A DNA stretch of 63,871 nucleotides, taken from contig CDRNST010000599.1 in the NCBI GenBank assembly GCA_977016875.1, positions 1 to 63,871 of the forward strand. The letters are read 5' to 3'. Source of the DNA: Pavona decussata (Eukaryota). Made by a program: the position numbers and the translations under genes. The notes under the pieces were generated by a model. That model had not been told where the DNA came from. It was given only the letters and a program-made list of their open reading frames with translations, and searched no databases. Below, piece after piece: positions 26,196 through 39,735 of the stretch (the stretch's first letter is position 1; each line of letters starts with the position of its first letter).

Positions 26196-27580
26196 TAAGT
26201 GGCTCGTCGGTCCAGGAAGATACTTATTCTGGTGGAAGCATTTGTGAAAGTGGCTTGTTGGTCCACAGACTGCAGCACAGAGCTACTTATTCTGGTGGAA
26301 GTATCTGTGAATGTGGTTTGTCGGTTCACTCAGTCACAGACTGCAGCCATAGAGCCATCACCATGCAACTTACTGTGGTGGAAGTACTTGTGAAAGTGGC
26401 TTGTCAGTCCACAACAGTCACAGACTAAAGACACAGAGCTATTTCCATGCTACTTATCTCAGTGGAAGTATCTGTAAAAGTGGCTTGTCTGTCCATGACA
26501 ACCACAGACTGAAGGTACAGAGCTATCTCCATGCTACTTATCCTGGTGGAAGTATCTGTGAATGTGGTTTGTCGGTTCACTCAGTCACAGACTGCAGCCA
26601 TAGAGCCATCACCATGCAACTTACTGTGGTGGAAGTACTTGTGAAAGTGGCTTGTCAGTCCACAACAGTCACAGACTAAAGGCACAGAGCTATTTCCATG
26701 CTACTTATCTCAGTGGAAGTATCTGTAAAAGTGGCTTGTCTGTCCATGACAACCACAGACTGAAGGTACAGAGCTATCTCCATGCTACTTATCCTGGTGG
26801 AAGTATCTGTAAATGTGGCTTGTCGGTCTACGATAGCCACAGACTGAAGGCACAGAGCTATCTCCATGCTACTTATCTCAGTGAAAGTATGTGTAAAAGT
26901 GGCTTGTTGGTCCATGACAGCCACAGACTGAAGGCACAGAGCTATCTTCATGCTACTTGTCCTGGTGGAAGTATCTGTGAATGTGGCTTGTCGGTCCACG
27001 ACAGCCACAGACTGAAGGCACAGAGCTACCTCCATGCTACTTATTCTGGTGGAAGTGTCCGTAAAAGTGGCTTGTCGGTCCACGATAGCCACAGACTGAA
27101 GGAACAGAGCTATCTCCATGCTACTTATTCTGGTGGAAGTATCTGTGTAAGTGGCTCGTCGGTCCAGGAAGATACTTATTCTGGTGGAAGTATTTGTGAA
27201 AGTGGCTTGTTGGTCCACAGACTGCAGCACAGAGCTACTTATTCTGGTGGAAGTATCTGTGAATGTGGTTTGTCAGTTCACGACAGCCACAGACTGAAGG
27301 AGATAGCTCTGTACCTTCAGTCTGTGACTGTCGTGGACTGACAAGCCACTTTCACAAGCACTTCCACCACAATAAGTTGCATGGTGATGGCTCTGTGGCT
27401 GCAGTCTGTAACTGTATGGACCGACAAGCCACTTACACAGATACTTCCACCAAAATAAGTAGCTTGGAGTTAACTCTGTTCCTTCAGTCTGTGGTTGTCG
27501 TGGACTGACAAGCCACTTTCACAGATGTCTGTGCCTTCAGTCTGTGGCTGTCGTGAACCGACAAGCTACATTCACAGATA
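26196..27580. repeat. 84-bp satellite, forward 26196-27299 switching to reverse 27300-27580
   Basis: Switch at ...cagactgaagg|agatagctctg... Confidence 0.92.
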
Positions 27581-28722
27581 TTTTGATAAAATTGTCCCCA
27601 TGTGTCCCCACCTTGGGGTTTCTAGGGTTAGCACGGGCGCAGCGTATGGTGTCCATTTATGACAAACCCCAAGCTCATGTCGATGGGGACACAGTCCATA
27701 CTAACTGTGGTCTTGCACGTTATGTGTGCGTAGAGTGACTCGACCCTGATCCAATGCACACGACCCTCACTTCTGTAACCCAAACCTGAACTAACCCTAC
27801 CGTTTCTCGATTTCTAGCCGTAACCCCAACGTTCTCATTGGCAACATGAGGCGACATACATTGTATGCTATCCAACCCCATACATTTCAAATCCTGAATC
27901 GAATGTTTTTTGTGTCCCTTTTTGGGGACATTTGTCCCCAAAATTATTTTTTAGTGTTATGAACTTTGGTGTGGTTATCGTGGTACCATCCTACCCTAAT
28001 TTTTTTTTTAAATTGTGGTCGAAAAGTGCTCAAATGTGGTTTAAAACGATCTGTTTTGGTAATCCTAACCCTTACCTCGACAATGATTGCAGCATTGTTT
28101 CAACTTGTTGATAGGTTTGTTGATACGTGCATCGTGTCGTCGATTGTTTTGGAAAACAATTAGAACCTTAAGCCTCACTACAGCCATGATAGGGTTAGTT
28201 ACTTTATTACTGAGGTTTTATGCTAACAATCTTCTCAAACTCTAACTCCTTACTCTACTTCTAACTATTTTTGAGCTCTCTTGTACATATTGACATCATC
28301 CTACCTTTATTTATGCTTGGATATTACTCTTTCATCTCAAAATCGATTTATTCCTATTAAATGTGCACAGGAAGTAACGTGGGGGCTTCAATTAATATTC
28401 TGATGTACGTGTTTCCATTTAACGCACACCGGAGTAAGGATTAGGGTTCTATAATTTCGATTCTACATATATTTCTATTTAACGCACACCTGAAGTAACC
28501 CTAACCCTAATGATCCCATTTCTAATTAATGCCTATTCACTGTAACCCTAACTCAATAACGGACTTGTAATGTGAAAAAATGTATACATATATTAAAATC
28601 CTAACTTGTATAACATCACAATGTTCAGTTAAATGTTCTAATTCCTAACCCTAACCCTAATTCAAATTTACTAAAACATTCGATTTGCTAGCCCAGCTTT
28701 TTCCTGGGATCACCTCCTAGAC

Positions 28723-29599
28723 GTGGCAAAACAACAAGACTACCTAAAGAAATGCACTGATGCACAAATAGGGCAGGACGGAATGGTCACAAAATGTGTC
28801 CGATTGATCACGGCACTCACGTTTTACCGAATGGAGAAAGTCAACCCGCGTGACTCCTCCACACGCTCAGAAGTTCAACATGTCATCGAGCGTGTGGATG
28901 GGTGGCGAAAATCGTACTGCAAACAAAAGCGGGTGAGAAATATTGCTACAGCTAGGACACTGGAAGCAGAGTCAGAGGATGATGATTGAATGGAGGACGA
29001 AGTAAGGAATGTACTTACAAAAGAGTTTATTTGGAGTGATTTCCAAAATCTCATCGAAGCTGTCCAAGATGGCGACACTATCGAAAACTCAGATATGACG
29101 CTCAGTTGAAGACAGACACCCTGCTAGCACTGCCCGGAGGGAGGCCTGTGGAGGCCCTCAACGCAATTCTCAAGAGGCTGGGTGACCACTACGTATCTAC
29201 GTGCCTTGTGGCACCCAGCTTCGAGAGCACACTGCCCGTGCCTGTGCACTGAAAGGGTCCGACAGAGACAGGCTTTTGCTCTCAAAGCAAATGTCCCACA
29301 CGGTTGAAACACACTCACGGTACTACGAGAAAGTAGGCATATCTAAAGATGCCGCTGAGGCGTACGAGATTTCAAAGAAAGTATGACGAAAGGATGACCA
29401 GTTGGTCTCCAAGCTGTCACGAAGGGGCTACAGCTATAGAGAGGTAGAATCGATTCAGAACTTTTTTATTGACGACATCACTTACAAGAGCCCCAATTTG
29501 AAGACATGTAGGCTCTTCCTAAAACTACACCCAAATATCACAGGGCGTTCCCCAAAGAATATACAAGATAAGGTACGAAACCTACAGATTACTAATTGA
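28723..29599 (+). pseudogene. Decayed tyrosine recombinase with a Myb/SANT-like C-terminal tail
   Basis: TQLREHTA...LSKQMSHTVETHSRYY matches the tyrosine-recombinase R...H...Y box II. It is followed by RRGYSYREVESIQNFF...RSPKNIQDKVRNL. In-frame TGA at 28987, a frameshift near 29190, further stops, and box I not seen. Confidence 0.65.
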
Positions 29600-30337
29600 A
29601 TGGAAACACTTTCTTATTTGGCTTGATTTATGAACTTAAACGATTACTGCTAATTTGAAATAATTACACTTCATTTCTGTATTGATCTCTTCATTTAACA
29701 CCACCCATGTCTTTTCACTAGCTTCATTACTCAACTTTAATAAAAACATAATTTCTGTTAATGTTTAATACTTATAACAATAGTGCATTGACAGTTCTTG
29801 CATTGATACCTCTTTGGGGACCCTCACCCCAGTATGATTAAAACCATGCTGTTCATGTATAATACTTATGACCTACACATAAATCCATAACATAAAAATT
29901 AATATAACTGTTCAGAAATAGCTATACTTAAAAAAATATGAACTCAAACTTGACTGCAGTGAGGGCTACACTAGGCAATATTTAATCTTGATTATAGTCC
30001 ACTGTTCTGGAATTGACAACTTGAATAACTTTGTTCGGAATGTGACTCTGAAATCCAATCTGCAGTGAGGGCAAAATTTGCAATTGTGAAAACTCTATTT
30101 ATATACAATACCAAGTCCTATTTCAGATGGTCATCGGTAACTTTATTATCACGATGATGACCTACAGTCTCAGTCGTACCAACTTCTCTAAGAGTGAGCA
30201 CAAAAATGCCCGTCAATAAACTGCTGTATATCTTTGTTACGCATCACTATACCTCGACACAAAACTACCCTACCGTGGACTGGAAGCCCGGCAAAACTTT
30301 GAAGGCTCGGAACCAAGACAACACCGACCTCGGGGAC

Positions 30338-31906
30338 TGGAGGTAGCTCTGTGCCTTCAGTCTGTGGCTGTCGTGGATTGACAAGCCACTTTTACAGATA
30401 CTTCCACCACAATAAGTTGCATGGTGATGGCTCTGTGGCTGCAGTCTGTAAAAGTGGCTAGTCTGTCCACGACAGCCACAGACTGAAGGCACAGAGCTAT
30501 CTCCATGCTACTTATCCTGGTGGAAGTATCTGTGAAAGTGGCTTGCCAGTCCACAACAACCACAGACTGAAGGAACAGAGTTACCTTCAAGCTACTTATT
30601 TTGGTGGAAGTATCTGTGTAAGTGGCTTGTCTGTCCATACAGTTACAGACTGAAGGTACAGAGCTATCTCCATGCTACTTATCCTGGTGGAAGTTTCTAT
30701 GAATGTAGCTTGTGGGTTCACGACAGCCACAGACTGAAGGCACAGAGCTATATCTCTATGCTACTTATTCTGGTGGAAGTATCTGTGTAAGTGGTTTGTC
30801 GGTCCATACAGTTACAGACTGCAGCCACAGAGCCATCACCATGTAAATTATTGTGGTGGAAGTGCTAGTGAAAGTGGCTTGTCAGTCCACGACAGTCACA
30901 GACTGAAGGTACAGAGCTATCTCCATACTACTTATCCTGGTGGAAATATCTGTGAATGTAGCTTGTCGGTTCACGACAGCCACAGACTGAAGGCACAGAG
31001 CTATCTCCATGCTACTTATTCCGATGGAAGTATCTGTGAAAGTGGCTTGTCAGTCCACGACAACCACAGACTGAAGGAACAGAGTTAACTCCAAGCTACT
31101 TATTTTGGTGGAAGTATCTGTGTAAGTGGCTTGTCGGTCCATACAGTTACAGACTGCAGCCACAGAGCCATCACCATGCAACTTATTGTGGTGGAAGTGC
31201 TTGTGAAAGTGGCTTGTCAGTCCACGACAGTCACAGACTGAAGGTACAGAGCTATCTCCATGCTACTTATCCTGGTGGAAGTATCTGTGAATGTAGCTTG
31301 TCAGTTCACGACAGCCACAGACTGAAGGCACAGAGCTATCTCCATGCAACATATTCTGGTGGAAGTGTCTGTAAAAGTTGCTTGTCAGTCCACGACAGCC
31401 ACAGACTGAAGGAACAGGGCTATCTCCATGCTACTTATCCAAGTGGCAGTATCTGTGAATGTGGCTTGTCGGCCATGACAGCCACAGAGTGAAATGCTTC
31501 TTATCTCAGTGGAAGTATCTGTAAAAGTGGCTTGTCGGTCCACGACAGCCACAGACTGAAGGCACAGAGCTATCTCCATGCTACTTGTCCTGGTGGAAGT
31601 ATCTGTAAAAGTGGCTTGTCGGTCCATACAGTTACAGACTGCAGCCACAGAGCCATCACCACGTAACTTATTGTGGTGGAAGTGCTTGTGAAAGTGGCTT
31701 GTCAGTCCACGACAGTCACAGACTGAAGGTACAGAGCTATCTCCATGCTACTTATCCTTGTGGAAGTATCTGTGAATGTAGCTAATGTGTCTGTGACATC
31801 CATGCTACTTATTTTATTATCCTACTGGAGGTATCAGAGAATGTTACTCATACTTTGATGAGAGTTTCGGCATGCATCCAAAGGTCTCCATGCCACTAAT
31901 CCTGGT
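30338..31906. repeat. 84-bp satellite, short reverse segment then forward array with cap
   Basis: Orientation switch at ~30443-30449; from ~30947 it duplicates 16213 onward (offset 14734). Confidence 0.92.
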
Positions 31907-32114
31907 GTATCATACAGCATGAGTATGATTTTTTTTGTTATCCGTATGACATAGAGTGAGCATCATGACAGAGCATGAACATCATGGCAATAATTCCAAT
32001 CGATATACCTAAATCACACGTAAACCACATACACCATCCCTTGAACTCCATGATACGAGGAGCATGATACTCATTATTTCAGATATCAATGGATTTTTGC
32101 TATGATCCTCATGC

Positions 32115-32362
32115 TTACTGATTGCACCACATAAATCGTGGGACCAACTGATGAGTCCTCCCACTAAAAATAATGGACGAAAAGCTCACTGTATCATACA
32201 GTGAACTGCTTGCACCACATAAATCGTGGGACCAGCTGATGAGTCCTCCCACTCTAAAAGTAATGGACGAAAAGTTCACTGTATCATACAGTGAACTTAC
32301 TGGTTGCACTACATAAATTGTGGGACCAGCTGATGAGTCCTCCCACTCTAAAAATAATGGAC
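32115..32362 (+). ncRNA. Tandem hammerhead array, second copy; intact unit 32226-32304
   Basis: Same as 17381-17628 at offset +14734; predicted cleavage after A32299. Confidence 0.88.
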
Positions 32363-33344
32363 ATTGCTATGATACTCATGCTGTATGATACAGATACACA
32401 CAGCATTATTGTTTGCTATGATCATAGCAATGAACCAACCAATTGATGGGTTCAGATCCCAGTTTGCCACTAGCTTTGATTGCTATGATACTGCATGGGA
32501 TTACAGGACCATGATACAACTCTATGGGCACAATAATATCGTAAAAAATCATTATACGGGGCATTGATATCTGTATCACACAGCATGGGTATTCCATATC
32601 ATGGCAATAAGTCGTTTATATCATGCTCTTGTATCATAGCATTAATTTTTATGAGGCCACATCATAAAAGCATGCCAATTTGCATTTATTGTATTAATCG
32701 GTTAATTGGTTAATTGGTTAACACTCTACAGCATGAGTAATTATAGCAGTAATGAGTGTCAGCTTTCCTGTATCATAATGCATGAGTATCATAGCCGTAA
32801 TCCCAATAAAAATCTGTATCACACAGCATGAACATCATGGCATGAATCATGGCATCATGCTAGGTATCACAGGAACATGCTACTAAATAATGCACACGAA
32901 AACAGTCATTGCACACTACAGAAAGTACACACACCTTATGACCTAACCCTAACCCCTAACCACAGATATTGTGGCTCAATTGTCCTAATACTTACTCTAT
33001 ATGTGATACAGATAATACAGATACTCTGCTACTGATGCGCTTACATATGCATGGGGCGAACAGTATGGGGACACACCCACAATGACACGCATTGGTATGT
33101 GCAAAAGTCACGTGGAATATTAATGAGTTCGCACCTCAATTTTAGATCGAGAACTTTTTTGTCCTATCTAGGTTTCTCGCCGTCCGCTCTTTTCCTTGTC
33201 TTCAACTAAAGAGTAAGTAGAGATGAAATGCATCTACGCATTTAATTAAGAGTTAACCACTATAACAAGCGATGTGGCCACAACTTAAATTGGCTCATTA
33301 TGATTGGAACTAGGTCCGTGCTATTCTATACATACTATAGGAAT

Positions 33345-35147
33345 ATGGATCCTGGACATTCTTCTAAATTGCAATCTCATGATGCTGAGGTAAGAGACAA
33401 AAGAATCGAGAAAAGGGGTCTGGGTAAAAGGGTTGCAGGTCACTCTCTCCTCTCTTTCTAAAAAAAGGGCCCTCCAAGAAAGAAACAGACGACTTTGGAG
33501 AAACTTGGTCTAGATGCGGAAAGATTTTATTGTGGACCACTCTCTTCTCTGGGAACCTTTCGAATCCTTTCTAAGAACGAAATTAGAACCACTCTGGAAG
33601 AAGTTATATGTACTTCTCTTTTTCCGATCACTCTTCACCCAACAGGGAAACATACCACTTTATCCTCTGCACTCAACAGATCATTTAGTTCAATTCGTAA
33701 GGAAGTATAGGGGGTGTATAGCCTAAGTAGTAAAGTTAATAATTTTAAAGGGAAGTGTATTAATAAAAATTAATCATACAGCTACAAATTTGGAAGTAAA
33801 AGTGCATCATGATCAACGTAACTTTGTTGTTGAACATGTTACAAACGAAATGATGGAGGATGCTGCTACTATCCTGAAGATTGAGGATTTGATACATCAT
33901 ATTGCTGACATTTGTGCGAAAGCTCAAGTTGACTCGACACAGTCAGGCCATGGTCAGAAGGTTTGTATGTGTGTGTGTTTCTGTCTGTCTCCACGCTAGC
34001 TGCTACATATACATGTACCTTGTTCATAAGTGTCGAGTGAGGAGTTATAACGTTCCTTTTTGGCGTTGAAGACATACATATTGTGTGAGTTTCACTAAAT
34101 GCATTAGACAGAAGACTCACCAACAGTTCTGGACAAGACTGGAAACGATTATGTCAAGTGCATGCTTTAATACAGCTCCGAGGGTCTCATACTTTAGTGT
34201 TCATTATTATCTTAATCTGTGTTTTTTGTTTAAGGAGGACTTTGACGAACTTCTATGGTCAAGTATTTCTTCAGCAGTGTTAGGAAGTAATTCTGTCGTG
34301 TTTACGCAATGTGAAATTGCTGGTGAAACTCTGCCTCATGGTGATGTAGACGTAATTGCTAGTCGGATTGGTGAGGAGAGCAGCATTGACTTCCCTACTG
34401 CTATTGGTATTGTTCTTAGTGAGAGCAACGAAACTGTTCCAGTTGATGATGCCATTGGTATATCAGCAAAGACACGCAATTCATTGCGCACAAAGCCACC
34501 TAGTAAGTTTAAATAAGGAAGTAAGTTAAGTCCCTTTGTTTATCTACTACAAATTTATTTTCTACAGATCCCCAAGCTGTAGTAGAATGCCTTTCATTGT
34601 CTGAGATACAGCAGATCAGAGACAAACCTGTTCTCTTTATTTCAGGTATGTACACAAAATTTAATGAAAATCAGATGGTTTACCATCTGAAGTCTCCAAG
34701 ATTTTTATTCAGGTTGATTGTTTGAGGACATAATGTTATGCAGGCTCCCGGGAGGCATTCAGACCATTCTTGAGAGTACTGGAACTGGATTTAGTTCTCA
34801 CTACTGCAGAGGCCATTAAATTTTGGAACACCAAAGAAAACAAACCACACTTGACGGGTCTTGTTCTACTTATTGTTCTAATGTTGGGAGTGTCTTCATC
34901 TTCAGGAGTGCCATTACAATTAACAAATACACTAATACTTGCGGAGCACAAAGTTTTGCAGTGGCCAAAGACAATGTGGAACTCATATTATGAAAGTAGT
35001 GTAGAAAAGTACAGTAAAAAAATTACGGCAAAGAGAAAGGGAAAACAACCCTCTGAAGTCCCTGAACGTATCACACATTCAGTGACAGTACCTTTAGCCA
35101 TTGTTAAGGAGAAAAAAGTGTATTTAAAACGTTTTGTACCAGAATAA
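33345..35147 (+). CDS. Cassette gene copy 4 (variant B1)
   Basis: Offset +32977 from copy 1 with the same splice sites. Exon 3 reads HVTNEMMEDAATILKIEDL. Confidence 0.75.
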
Positions 35148-35422
35148 CCTGGGAAGCTGTATCATATTCCGCTATACACAAATTATTTCTTATACCACTT
35201 CCATTGTATAATTAAGATTCACTTTGCTATAGAAGTTAAGGTTGACTACAATGGATACGTATCACAAGTATACATTATGCTTGACGCCTATTAGTCTAGT
35301 TTACTTCTAGTACTTCTTATAAACTTCTAGTGCCTCTAACAAAATATAGACTACTATAAGAAGCACTGGAAGTTTATTATAAGTACTAGAAGTTGGCATC
35401 CTAGACAATAATAAATAATAAT

Positions 35423-35469
35423 AAATAATGGACGAAAAGCTCACTGTATCATACAGTGAACTTACTGGT
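35423..35469 (+). ncRNA. 3' half hammerhead of cassette copy 4
   Basis: Same as 2446-2492; predicted cleavage after A35464. Confidence 0.75.
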
Positions 35470-35719
35470 TGCACCACATAAATCGTGTGATACTGAGTGA
35501 GTATAATGGCAATGATGTTCATGCTCTGTCATGATACTCACTCTATGTGATAAAGAAATCATACTGTGTGTGTCTCATAGTATTGCCTTTACGTCATTTG
35601 TTGATAAAGGAGCATGATACCAATGACACAGCAATATAATTATTAACAAATTAGATGATTTCAGACAAGATGACAGAGTCAGAAAGTAAGGCACGGGAAG
35701 ATATTCTGTAGTGTGTAAT

Positions 35720-36338
35720 GACTAGCTCTGTGCCTTCAGTCTGTGGCTGTCGTGGACCGACAAGCCACATTCACAGATACTTCCACCAGGACAAGTAGCA
35801 TGAAGATAGCTCTGTGCCTTCAGTCTGTGGCTGTCATGGACCAACAAGCCACTTTTACACATACTTTCACTGAGATAAGTAGCATGGAGATAGCTCTGTG
35901 CCTTCAGTCTGTGGCTATCGTAGACAGACAAGCCACATTTACAGATACTTCCACCAGGATAAGTAGCATGAAGATAGCTCTGTACCTTCAGTCTGTGGTT
36001 GTCATGGACTGACAAGCCACTTTTACAGATACTTCCACTGAGATAAGTAGCATGGAGGTAGCTCTGTGCCTTCAGTCTGTGGCTGTCATGGATTGACAAG
36101 CCACTTTTACAGATACTTTCACCACAATAAGTTGCATGGTGATGACTCTGTGGCTGTTGTGGATCGTGAAGCCACATTCACAGATACTTCCACCAGGATA
36201 AGTAGCATGGAGATAGCTCTGTACCTTCAGTCTGTGACTGTCGTGGACTGACAAGCCACTTTCACAAGCACTTCCACCAAAATAAGTTGCATGGTGATGG
36301 CTCTGTGGCTGCAGTCTGTAACTGTATGTACCGACAAG
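35720..36338 (-). repeat. 84-bp satellite array, reverse
   Basis: Reverse complement of ~7870-8486. Confidence 0.93.
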
Positions 36339-37194
36339 TGCTAGAAGTCGATTAGAAGTAAATTAGAAGTGCTAGAAGTTGATTAGAAGACCGATGACAT
36401 ATTGACGTACTTAATTGTGTCACGTGACATCACGTGAACAATTAACACCCTCTGTACCTGCTCTGGTGTGTTCTGATCGTCATCAGCTCCCTCGTGTTCA
36501 TTCAGATCGACGTCAGGGATTATGGATTAGTATTACCCACTCAAATCACTTCTAATCTACTCACGTGACTTAATGAATTGGGGTACGGGTTAGAGTATCA
36601 GTGAAAGTGGCTGCTTGTCGGTCCATGACAGCAACAGACTGCACTTCTAATCCACTTGTAAAGTTTTAAAAAAAATTCTAAGAGGCAAGATGCTAATGAA
36701 TCTGTTTAACCATACTGCTACTACGTCAAGTGGGATCATCACACGTAAAAGGAGTGCATACGTATATATATGTATAACGATTGCACGTGACTTACCAGCC
36801 ATACCGGGTTTGATTCTTACTCCCTCCATGCCAGACCTATTAGTGCTATGACTGGATTGGTATTACGAGTGGACTAGAAGTACATTAGAAGTGCTATGAC
36901 TGGAGTGAATTAAAAGTATTACGAGTGGACTACAAGTACATTAGAAGTGCTAGAAGTGGATTAGAAGTATTACAACAACTAGAAGTAGAATAGAAGTACT
37001 ACGAGTGGACTAGAGGTGGTTTAAAAGTGCTACGACTGGAGTACAAGTAAATTAAACTTCACTGAAAACTTTAATGCCAAGCAATATCATAGCAATTAAT
37101 GTATCATACAGCATGAATATCACATCAATAAAGGCATCATTATCTGTAAAGAAAGAAATGGTGAGGTTCTACTCTCACTTATACTTTTGTGTTT

Positions 37195-37790
37195 AAGTGC
37201 AGGCAGAGAGCTACCTCCATGCTACTTTTTCTGGTGGAAGTATCTGTGCTGCAGCTGTCGTGGACCGACAAGCCACTTTCACAGATACTTCCACCAGATT
37301 AAGTAGCATGGAGGTAGCAATGTAGCTGCAGTCCCTGGCTGCCATGGACCGACAAGCCACCTTCACAGATACTTCCACCACAATAAGTAGCATGGAGGTA
37401 GCTCTGTGGCTGCAGTTTGTTGCTATCGTTGACCGACGAGCCACTTTCACAGATACTTCCACCAGAATATGTAGCATGGAGGTAGCTCTGTGGCTGCAGT
37501 TAGTGAAAAAAGTCTGTTGCTGTCGTGGAACAACCAACAACTCTCACAGACAAACAACTTTCACAGATACTTCCACCAGAATAAGTAGCATAGAAATAGT
37601 ACTTTTGCTGCAGTTTGTGGCTGTCATGGACCGACGAGCCACTTTCACGGATACTTCTACCAGAATAAGTAGCATGGAGGTAGCTCTTTGGCTGCAGTCT
37701 GTTGCTGTCGTTGACTGACAAGCCACTTTCACAAATACTTCCACCAGAATAAGTAGCATGGCGGTAGCTCTGTGGCTGCAGTTGTTGCAT
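37195..37790. repeat. Diverged subfamily of the satellite, mostly reverse
   Basis: Keeps ccactttcacagatacttccaccagaataagtagcatggaggtagctctgtggctgcag but lacks the cttcagtc core. Confidence 0.85.
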
Positions 37791-38084
37791 GACATTTTTT
37801 ACATTAGATAAAAAAAGGAAAAAAATCAGTAAGCAGAATAAAATTTAATAGGAAAATAGTTGAATTTCATTGTATTTTGCAGAGAAAATATTAACCTTTT
37901 TAATACTACTTCTTCTTCTTCTACTTCCTCTTCATCTTTTAGACATAAACTTTAAATACGTAATGCAAATAGTACTACTTTACATATATAAACAACTATT
38001 AACCCATATTTATAATACCCTTATGTCTTAAACAAATCTACCACCATTCACACGTTTTCTGGGCTTAGTCTACTAAGTAGATCC

Positions 38085-38785
38085 ACGAGTGGACTAGAAG
38101 TGGATTAGAAAGGACTAGAAGTGGAGTAAAAGTAATTTAAAAGTGCTAGAAGTATTAGAGCTACTTTGACTGGAATAAAAGTGAATTAGAAGTGCTAAGT
38201 GTGGACTAGAAGTGGATTAAAAGTGCCACGAGTGGACTAGAAGTGGATTAGATATACTATGAGAAATAGAAGTAATAATATGTGCTAGAAGAGGATAAGT
38301 TGACTAGAAGTTGATTAGAGGTACTAGAAGTAGACTAGGACTCAAGTGGACTAGAAGTTGATAAGAGGTACTAGAAGTTGAATAAATATATTGGATAAGT
38401 GGACTATAGCCCACTATTTTCTCATAGTATATCTAATCCACTTTTAGCTAACTTCTAGTTCCACTAATCCACTTGTAGCACTTCTAATCTACTTCTAATA
38501 ATATTATTATTATTACTTCTATTTCTCATAGTATATCTAATCCACTTTTAGCTACTAGTTCCACTAATCCACTTGTAGTCCACTTCTAGTCTACTTCTAG
38601 TACTTCTAATCCACTTCTAGTTCACTTCTAATCCCTCTAATCCTATTCTAGTCAACTACTAGTCCACTTCTAGTACCCTCTTATCCTCTTCTAGTCTATT
38701 CAACCTCTAATCCACTTCTAGTCCACTTCTAGTCTACTACATTTCTAATCAACTTCTAGTCCACTTCTGGTACCTCTACTAAACT
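38085..38785. repeat. Fold-back of TAGAAGT/ACTTCTA short repeats
   Basis: tagaagt units to ~38407, then acttcta units; gtggattagatatactatgagaaa (~38242) is reverse-complemented at ~38418. Confidence 0.8.
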
Positions 38786-39071
38786 TAGTGAGGATAGACA
38801 CAGTATGCAGGCATGGGGCTATCATCATACTACTTATTTTTGTGAAAGTTTCTGGAAAAGTGGGTTTTTGGTCTATGACAGACATAGTATGCAGGCATGG
38901 GGCTATCATAATGCTACTTATTATGGTGGAAGTACCTGTACAAGTGGGTTGTTGGTCCACAACAGACACAGCCTGTAGACACGGGGCTATCATCAAGTAT
39001 CTGTAGACACGGGGCTATCATCAAGTAACTTATTCTGATGGAAGTTTCTGTAAAAGTGGGTTTATGGTCCA

Positions 39072-39131
39072 TTTGGGCGCGGGCATGCTCACATTTTGCC
39101 CGCCAAAAAGCATTTTGGCGGTAAAACGCGC
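39072..39131. promoter_or_regulatory. E2F-like sites upstream of PCLAF
   Basis: cccgccaaaa (reverse ttttggcggg), ttttggcggt and tttgggcgcggg ~120-180 bp upstream of the ATG. PCLAF is a known E2F target. Confidence 0.55.
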
Positions 39132-39247
39132 CTTGGCATACTGTACTAAGCGAGGAAAGGTCACCTACACCTACACTGTCCAGGTACACGTTTAGCAGGA
39201 ACTCTTAGGAGAAAAAGTCCTTTCTAATCATTTCAGAAACTTCTAGA

Positions 39248-39735
39248 ATGGTTCGTACCTTAGCAGGCAGTGCTGTCAGAAAAGGTAAGTGTCACGGAGA
39301 GTACCCCGAATCTCGCGCTCGCGGGAAACCTATGCTAGTACACCTAATTTAACTGGCCACTTTCGTTGTTTCACAGCTGTTGCTGCTAAAGCTCCAAGGA
39401 AGAATTTGCCCGCTGCTTGGTCTCCTGGTAGAAATAATAAGAAGAAGGCTAAAGCTGGAAGAGGAAATCCATTTAAAACGTGGCCAACTCCAAAATGGCA
39501 ACAGAACCTTCACACGTTTCTGGGTGTCGAACAGCCTGAGAGTAGCAGCAGTTCGAGCTCTGCTGGTGCTAGTACATCGTCCTACATGACAACAGAAGCT
39601 GAGCTTGCTCCTGGAAGCAGTGGTAGTAGCTGTCAAGACGAATGCCAAGGTTCCTCTTCTAACATGGCTACTGGAATAGAACTATTGAGCGGGGACATCA
39701 CTCAGTTGAACAGTGACAGTGAAGATGATGACTAA
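39248..39735 (+). CDS. PCLAF: PCNA-associated factor (PAF15/KIAA0101), two exons, 131 aa
   Basis: Exons 39248-39284 and 39377-39735 give MVRTLAGSAVRKAVAAKAPRK...GNPFKTWPTPKWQQNLHTFL, matching the MVRT..RK.VAA.APRK, GNP...PTPKWQ and PIP-box signatures. Confidence 0.9.

Noticed and set aside
39248-39420. Histone H3 (AAKAPRK)
   Set aside because: No histone fold follows; the H3-like tail plus PTPKWQ/PIP box identifies PCLAF.
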